DNA of 64,000 nt from Candidatus Bathyarchaeota archaeon. GTDB lineage: Archaea; Thermoproteota; Bathyarchaeia; 40CM-2-53-6. Of the stretch, positions 60,098 through 64,000 are shown one piece after another. The stretch covers positions 576,001-640,000 of the forward strand of contig CAVSBL010000002.1 of assembly GCA_963726255.1 (NCBI GenBank). Direction: 5' to 3'. Numbering within the stretch: position 1 is the first letter of the stretch; each line of letters begins with the position of its first letter. The notes beneath the pieces were generated by a model. It made no database searches, was not told where the DNA came from, and saw only the letters and a program-made list of their open reading frames with translations. The position numbers and the translations under genes were made by a program.

Positions 60098-61726
60098 ATG
60101 CTTCTCGCGCCATTTGGGGGCGAACACATCTTTCGAGTCAGTGTACCAGAAATGTATTCTTCTCATCACCAATCTCCACAGACAGCCAGTCCTACGAACA
60201 ATTCACCCACGCCGAAGCTAGACTCTGCAGTTGAAGTTTCGCGGGGAGCCTCCTACCTGACCATCCAATTGCTGATCACCAGCGCTGCTCAAGTGTTGGC
60301 TTTCGCGGTTCTGGCGCGAATCGTAACCCCAAGAGAGATTGGCATTCTTGCCGTCGTGTCACTCGTGGCAGCACTGTGCGCAGCCGTTAACGGTGGGGCA
60401 TTCCAACAAGCAACTACGAAATTCATTGGAGAACTAGGAGAGGGACGAAAGGAAATTGCGCTCGGAGTATTTTACCAGGCCTTTCTGATCTCGCTTATGC
60501 TTTCGGTTCCGCTTGCCGCCTTCATCTTCTTTGGAGCACCGATTCTCGCTTCCGCACTGCTCGGTGAGGTGGCGCAAGCACAGCTCTTCAGAATTCTTGC
60601 AATCGATATGCTCTTCTATTCGGGTGCGTTGCCCGTGGCTCTGGGAGCTCTTCTGGGGTTCAAGAGATTCAAGGCGGCTGCTATCATTGGGTCTGCGGGT
60701 TCCATCCTGCGGCAGTGCTTAATCATTCTTCTAATACTCGCCTTGACGAATTTCATCGGTCTTGTGATTGCTTGGGCCGTTTCAGACCTCGTTTTAGTGG
60801 CAGCTTACACGGGGTATATCGTCTGGGTATTTGGTCGGTCGAAGGTTTGGTTTCCGTTTCGAAGAATGCTAAGATACTCGTGGCCTCTTAGTGTCGGGAA
60901 CATTGTGACCTTCGGTTATACCTGGTTCGATCGGGCACTATTGGTTGCGTTTGTTCCGCTCGCTGCTCTCGGCGTTTACAACGCAGCTCTGACGGCTTTC
61001 GGAGTGCTCGCCAGCGTTTCGGGTGCTGTGAATAACGCGATCCTCCCCACTTTCTCTAACATAGCCGGGCGGGGTGAACTTGAGAGTTGCAGGAGGGCTA
61101 CCTGGCTCGTTTCCCGATATACGAGTTTGATCATGATTCCTTTGAGCTTCGGGTTGCTGGCCACCGCTAAGCCAGCGATCTCTCTTTTTGTCGGCCAAGC
61201 TTACATAGAGGGTGTTGTGCCGCTCGCGATATTGTGCGGCGTCTTCGCATTGGTAGCATTTGGGTCAAGTCTGGGCCCAATGCTGTTGGCCCTGTCCCAC
61301 ACACGGGCAGTGATGCTGATTACTGCAGCATCCATCCTGATCGGCCTTGCGTCGGCCTTTTTCCTACTGCCGATTGCTGGAATTGTAGGAGCATCAATCG
61401 CCCGCGGCTTCGCGTTGGTTGGTTCTACCGCTTTGACAATTGTCGTTTTGTACCGAAGAAAGGCTGTGCGAATTGATTTCGAAGCGGCATGGAAAAGTGC
61501 CGTCGCCGGAGGGTCGATGGTTGCGGTCCTCGTACTTGCGCAAATGGGCGTCTACAATAAGTCCCTGCTTCCGGCTTACGTGGCGCTCGGGATAGCGGTC
61601 TACCTTATTGCGCTCCGCCAGTTGAAAGCGATACGTGAAGATGATGTGAATCTCATCCGCAGATATCTTGGGCCAAAATTTGGTTTCGCGGCAACAGTGC
61701 TGAACACGCTTCTGCTTCCAAAATGA
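60098..61726 (+). CDS. Oligosaccharide flippase (Wzx/MOP family)
   Basis: LARIV.P.EIG, YSWPL, DR.LL, LGVYNAA, GIVGASIA. Confidence 0.87.
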   Translation: MLLAPFGGEHIFRVSVPEMYSSHHQSPQTASPTNNSPTPKLDSAVEVSRGASYLTIQLLITSAAQVLAFAVLARIVTPREIGILAVVSLVAALCAAVNGGAFQQATTKFIGELGEGRKEIALGVFYQAFLISLMLSVPLAAFIFFGAPILASALLGEVAQAQLFRILAIDMLFYSGALPVALGALLGFKRFKAAAIIGSAGSILRQCLIILLILALTNFIGLVIAWAVSDLVLVAAYTGYIVWVFGRSKVWFPFRRMLRYSWPLSVGNIVTFGYTWFDRALLVAFVPLAALGVYNAALTAFGVLASVSGAVNNAILPTFSNIAGRGELESCRRATWLVSRYTSLIMIPLSFGLLATAKPAISLFVGQAYIEGVVPLAILCGVFALVAFGSSLGPMLLALSHTRAVMLITAASILIGLASAFFLLPIAGIVGASIARGFALVGSTALTIVVLYRRKAVRIDFEAAWKSAVAGGSMVAVLVLAQMGVYNKSLLPAYVALGIAVYLIALRQLKAIREDDVNLIRRYLGPKFGFAATVLNTLLLPK

Positions 61727-61751
61727 ACATTGAGCGTTAGGCCCGGCGTAC

Positions 61752-62507
61752 TCATTTTCTTCCCGCTGAATGACGACGCCTGGTCCTAGCCACGTACGCA
61801 ATAACGGCGATAGCTATCAGAAGTACTGCGATCAAAATGACAACAGTGTTGGAAGGCGAAGCATTAGCAGTCTGCTCGGTCTGCATAGAGGTCCGAAGCA
61901 CCTCTTGAGTTAGGGTCGAATAGGATGTGATTGTGGCCACGGCGGTAGTTGGTATGGTGAGGGTGGCGGTAAGTTGCGCGTTGACTGTTGAGTGGGATAG
62001 GTTGTTCACGACGAGCTCGTAAACTCCGGTGGTTGGAACGGGCGAGCTGAAGGTGTATTCTGTTTTACCCTGCTGAAGGATTAGCGGGCTCGGTGGGGCG
62101 CATATTCCACCTGCAACCACTTGGTGGCTCCAGGCCTGATAAGCAGTGTCGGTCATGACGTAGAGGTCGGCCTGATTATCCATTGTAAGGGTTCCAGAAA
62201 GTACCTCTCCGCTAGTTGCGTTGAATGCGTGAAAGAAGTAGATTCCGCAGACCCCATGAGTGGGCGGTAGAGTAAAGGGTCCGGAGAAAACTGTTAGCGC
62301 AGATCCGGTTGTTGTTGTGAGGGTCTGAGTCCCGATCCCCACTGTGGTGGTCTGGAGGCTTGTCGCGGTGTTCGTCATGGTGGTGTACTGTTGCCCGTTC
62401 ACCAGCTGAGTGCCAACCGCGAGCACAGAAAGAAGGAGGAGAAGAGTTGCGAATTCGCGTGGGGCCATCATAATCAGCTGAAATGATGGAAATCTGCTTA
62501 TTAGCAT
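61752..62507 (-). CDS. Thr-rich exported protein with a beta-sandwich domain and C-terminal TM
   Basis: Signal peptide, Thr-rich linkers, GVYELVVNN, TM followed by RRR. Confidence 0.72.
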   Translation of the reverse strand: MLISRFPSFQLIMMAPREFATLLLLLSVLAVGTQLVNGQQYTTMTNTATSLQTTTVGIGTQTLTTTTGSALTVFSGPFTLPPTHGVCGIYFFHAFNATSGEVLSGTLTMDNQADLYVMTDTAYQAWSHQVVAGGICAPPSPLILQQGKTEYTFSSPVPTTGVYELVVNNLSHSTVNAQLTATLTIPTTAVATITSYSTLTQEVLRTSMQTEQTANASPSNTVVILIAVLLIAIAVIAYVARTRRRHSAGRK

Positions 62508-62968
62508 TAACTCGGCTTCCCCGTAAACTCAAGGGTTACCGTGCGAGGTCAATGAGTCTCCATCCTCGTTCTGGACGTTTGCAGCGACTTTGCGCAACGG
62601 TAATTCGTATGGCATGGCACTGCACGCGCGAATCAGGCGTAAGAGGTGCACGTCTAGCTGCCGATCGTAGCCGTAGTGTGGTGTGGCATTGGCATCGAAT
62701 GTGTCGATGCTCCGAAGGCCGAGGCCGATTTCACGGTTTAAACGGGTTTCGCTGCAACTTGGTCTTCAAGCACGAGTTCCACAACCAGCAGAAGGCAGTT
62801 CACCTAGGCATTACTGGTTCCGGTGTTCGAGCTGTCACAGAATAGTCTCGAATTATAGTCACGGTTTCGAAGGTTTTCTTCCTTACCCGTTCTGCGAGTT
62901 CTTTTGGCAACTCAGGCAGCTAGAACACACTGTGCCGATCATAAACGGTGTTCGAGCCTAAGCTAGTT

Positions 62969-63259
62969 TCACGTATCCGGCTTTCGCTTGCCAACTTCGT
63001 CTAGCAGCTTCAATACGCTGGAGGTCCTTTCCCTCGCCTGTCGAAGCCCGTCGTCCGCTTGAGGGTTCTCACGGTCGAGGTTTGCCTTCAATGTTTTCAG
63101 GTTTTCCTGCGCGGCCTGTAGCTCTTGGCGAAGTTCGTGGTTAGCCTTTTCCAATGCCTCTATGGTTTGAATCATTTTCTCGGAACGTTCGAGCAGTGTT
63201 TGGTTCTCCTCGATGAAGGCTTCGAATTCCTTCCGGTCCAAAGTTATTCGTTCCGGCAA
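62969..63259 (-). CDS. Short coiled-coil protein, paralog of 30341-30619
   Basis: ERITLDRKEFEAFIEENQTL...LEKAN.EL..ELQA; TTG start at 63259 chosen by alignment. Confidence 0.72.
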   Translation of the reverse strand: MPERITLDRKEFEAFIEENQTLLERSEKMIQTIEALEKANHELRQELQAAQENLKTLKANLDRENPQADDGLRQARERTSSVLKLLDEVGKRKPDT

Positions 63260-63618
63260 CCAGGGGCGCCCAGCCATCATGCTGGGCTGGCCGTCTTATC
63301 TTCTTCTGAACCAGTTTCCCTACTCGGGCATTCGCTTGCCCGCATCGTTTGGCAAGTGCGGCACGCTCGACGCTCGTCGCGGCAAGATTCCTGCTGTTTG
63401 AGGGCCTCTCGGAAAAGGCGGATTTGCTTCTTCAGAAGTTCCACGAGGATGCCATCGAGCTGAAGGCACCTGGGCTTGAATTACCATATCGGGGCGAGAA
63501 AGCTCCCGAGTTTAGTCATGGAGATGAGTCGCTCTCCAACAGTGCTCCAGTAGAGATCGTGAATCGACGTCTAAGGATAAATGAGCAAGCCCTGTGAACG
63601 AACAGGATATATAGCGGA

Positions 63619-63636
63619 AGTAAGATATATCTTACT
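63619..63636. promoter_or_regulatory. Perfect 18-bp palindrome, likely AbrB autoregulatory operator
   Basis: AGTAAGATATATCTTACT between the TATATA box (~63608) and the start codon. Confidence 0.7.
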
Positions 63637-63638
63637 AA

Positions 63639-63915
63639 GTGAATCAGATGGCTCTTGAACTAACCAGGCTTTCACAAAAGGGGCAGGTTGTGATCCCGAC
63701 CCAAGTCAGGAGAAAGATGGGACTGAAAGAAGGGACCAAGTTTCTCGTTGTCGGGTTAGAAGACATTATCGTCCTGAGAAAGCTTCAATTCTCCGAAGAG
63801 AAATTGAAACTCAAGAAGCTTCTCGCTGAGGCCAGAATCTTCTGCCAAGACGCACGGCCTCTCAGAGAAGGAAATCGAGAGGCTCATCCACGCTGTTAGA
63901 AAGTCGCGTGAATGA
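63639..63915 (+). CDS. AbrB/MazE-family antitoxin; one extra base near 63836
   Basis: LSQKGQVVIP..VRRKMGLKEG; corrected tail ...SEKEIERLIHAVRKSRE* overlaps the next ATG. Confidence 0.82.
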
Positions 63916-64000
63916 GAATAATACTTGACACAAACGTATTGGTCTCCGCCTTCATTTCAAGGACAGGGAATTCAGCAAGAGTGTTGGACGTCGCCCTGAC
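63912..64000 (+). CDS. PIN-domain toxin, 5' part (runs off the window)
   Basis: MRIILDTNVLVSAFI. Confidence 0.8.
   Translation, partial: MRIILDTNVLVSAFISRTGNSARVLDVAL

Noticed and set aside
63830-63845. AbrB frameshift
   Set aside because: Single extra A; correction gives the usual ATGA coupling to the PIN gene

Overview
Archaeal chromosomal segment, probably from a TACK lineage such as Bathyarchaeia; this is inferred from the PolB2 operon, split MetE, HTH_45 regulators, DUF1616 proteins and a PEF-CTERM protein. Contents in order: (1) a Dpp/Opp ABC transporter (0.1-6.4 kb); (2) a LarA-like gene and pyrE; (3) a radA-like / small helical / polB2 operon; (4) a B12 and biotin acyl-CoA cluster with meaB, two mutase large subunits, one B12-binding subunit, thiolase plus DUF35, split MetE, metF, acyl-CoA carboxylase and birA; (5) an accessory block with vapBC, wHTH regulators and small coiled-coil paralogs; (6) a ~31 kb surface-glycan/envelope region with several gene remnants; (7) an AbrB-PIN toxin-antitoxin pair. 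Main discovery: two protein-coding genes are each interrupted inside their most conserved motif by a tiny insertion. These are 24 nt in polB2 (10235-10258) and 17 nt in the mutase B12-binding subunit (17355-17371). Each insertion folds into a bulge-helix-bulge (BHB) structure, and cutting at the canonical tRNA-splicing-endonuclease positions restores the motif exactly. They are candidate archaeal pre-mRNA micro-introns outside the known cbf5 case. Five other broken ORFs are single-base indels and are most likely sequencing errors. No rRNA, tRNA or CRISPR array was recognised. All assignments were made by eye, without database searches.
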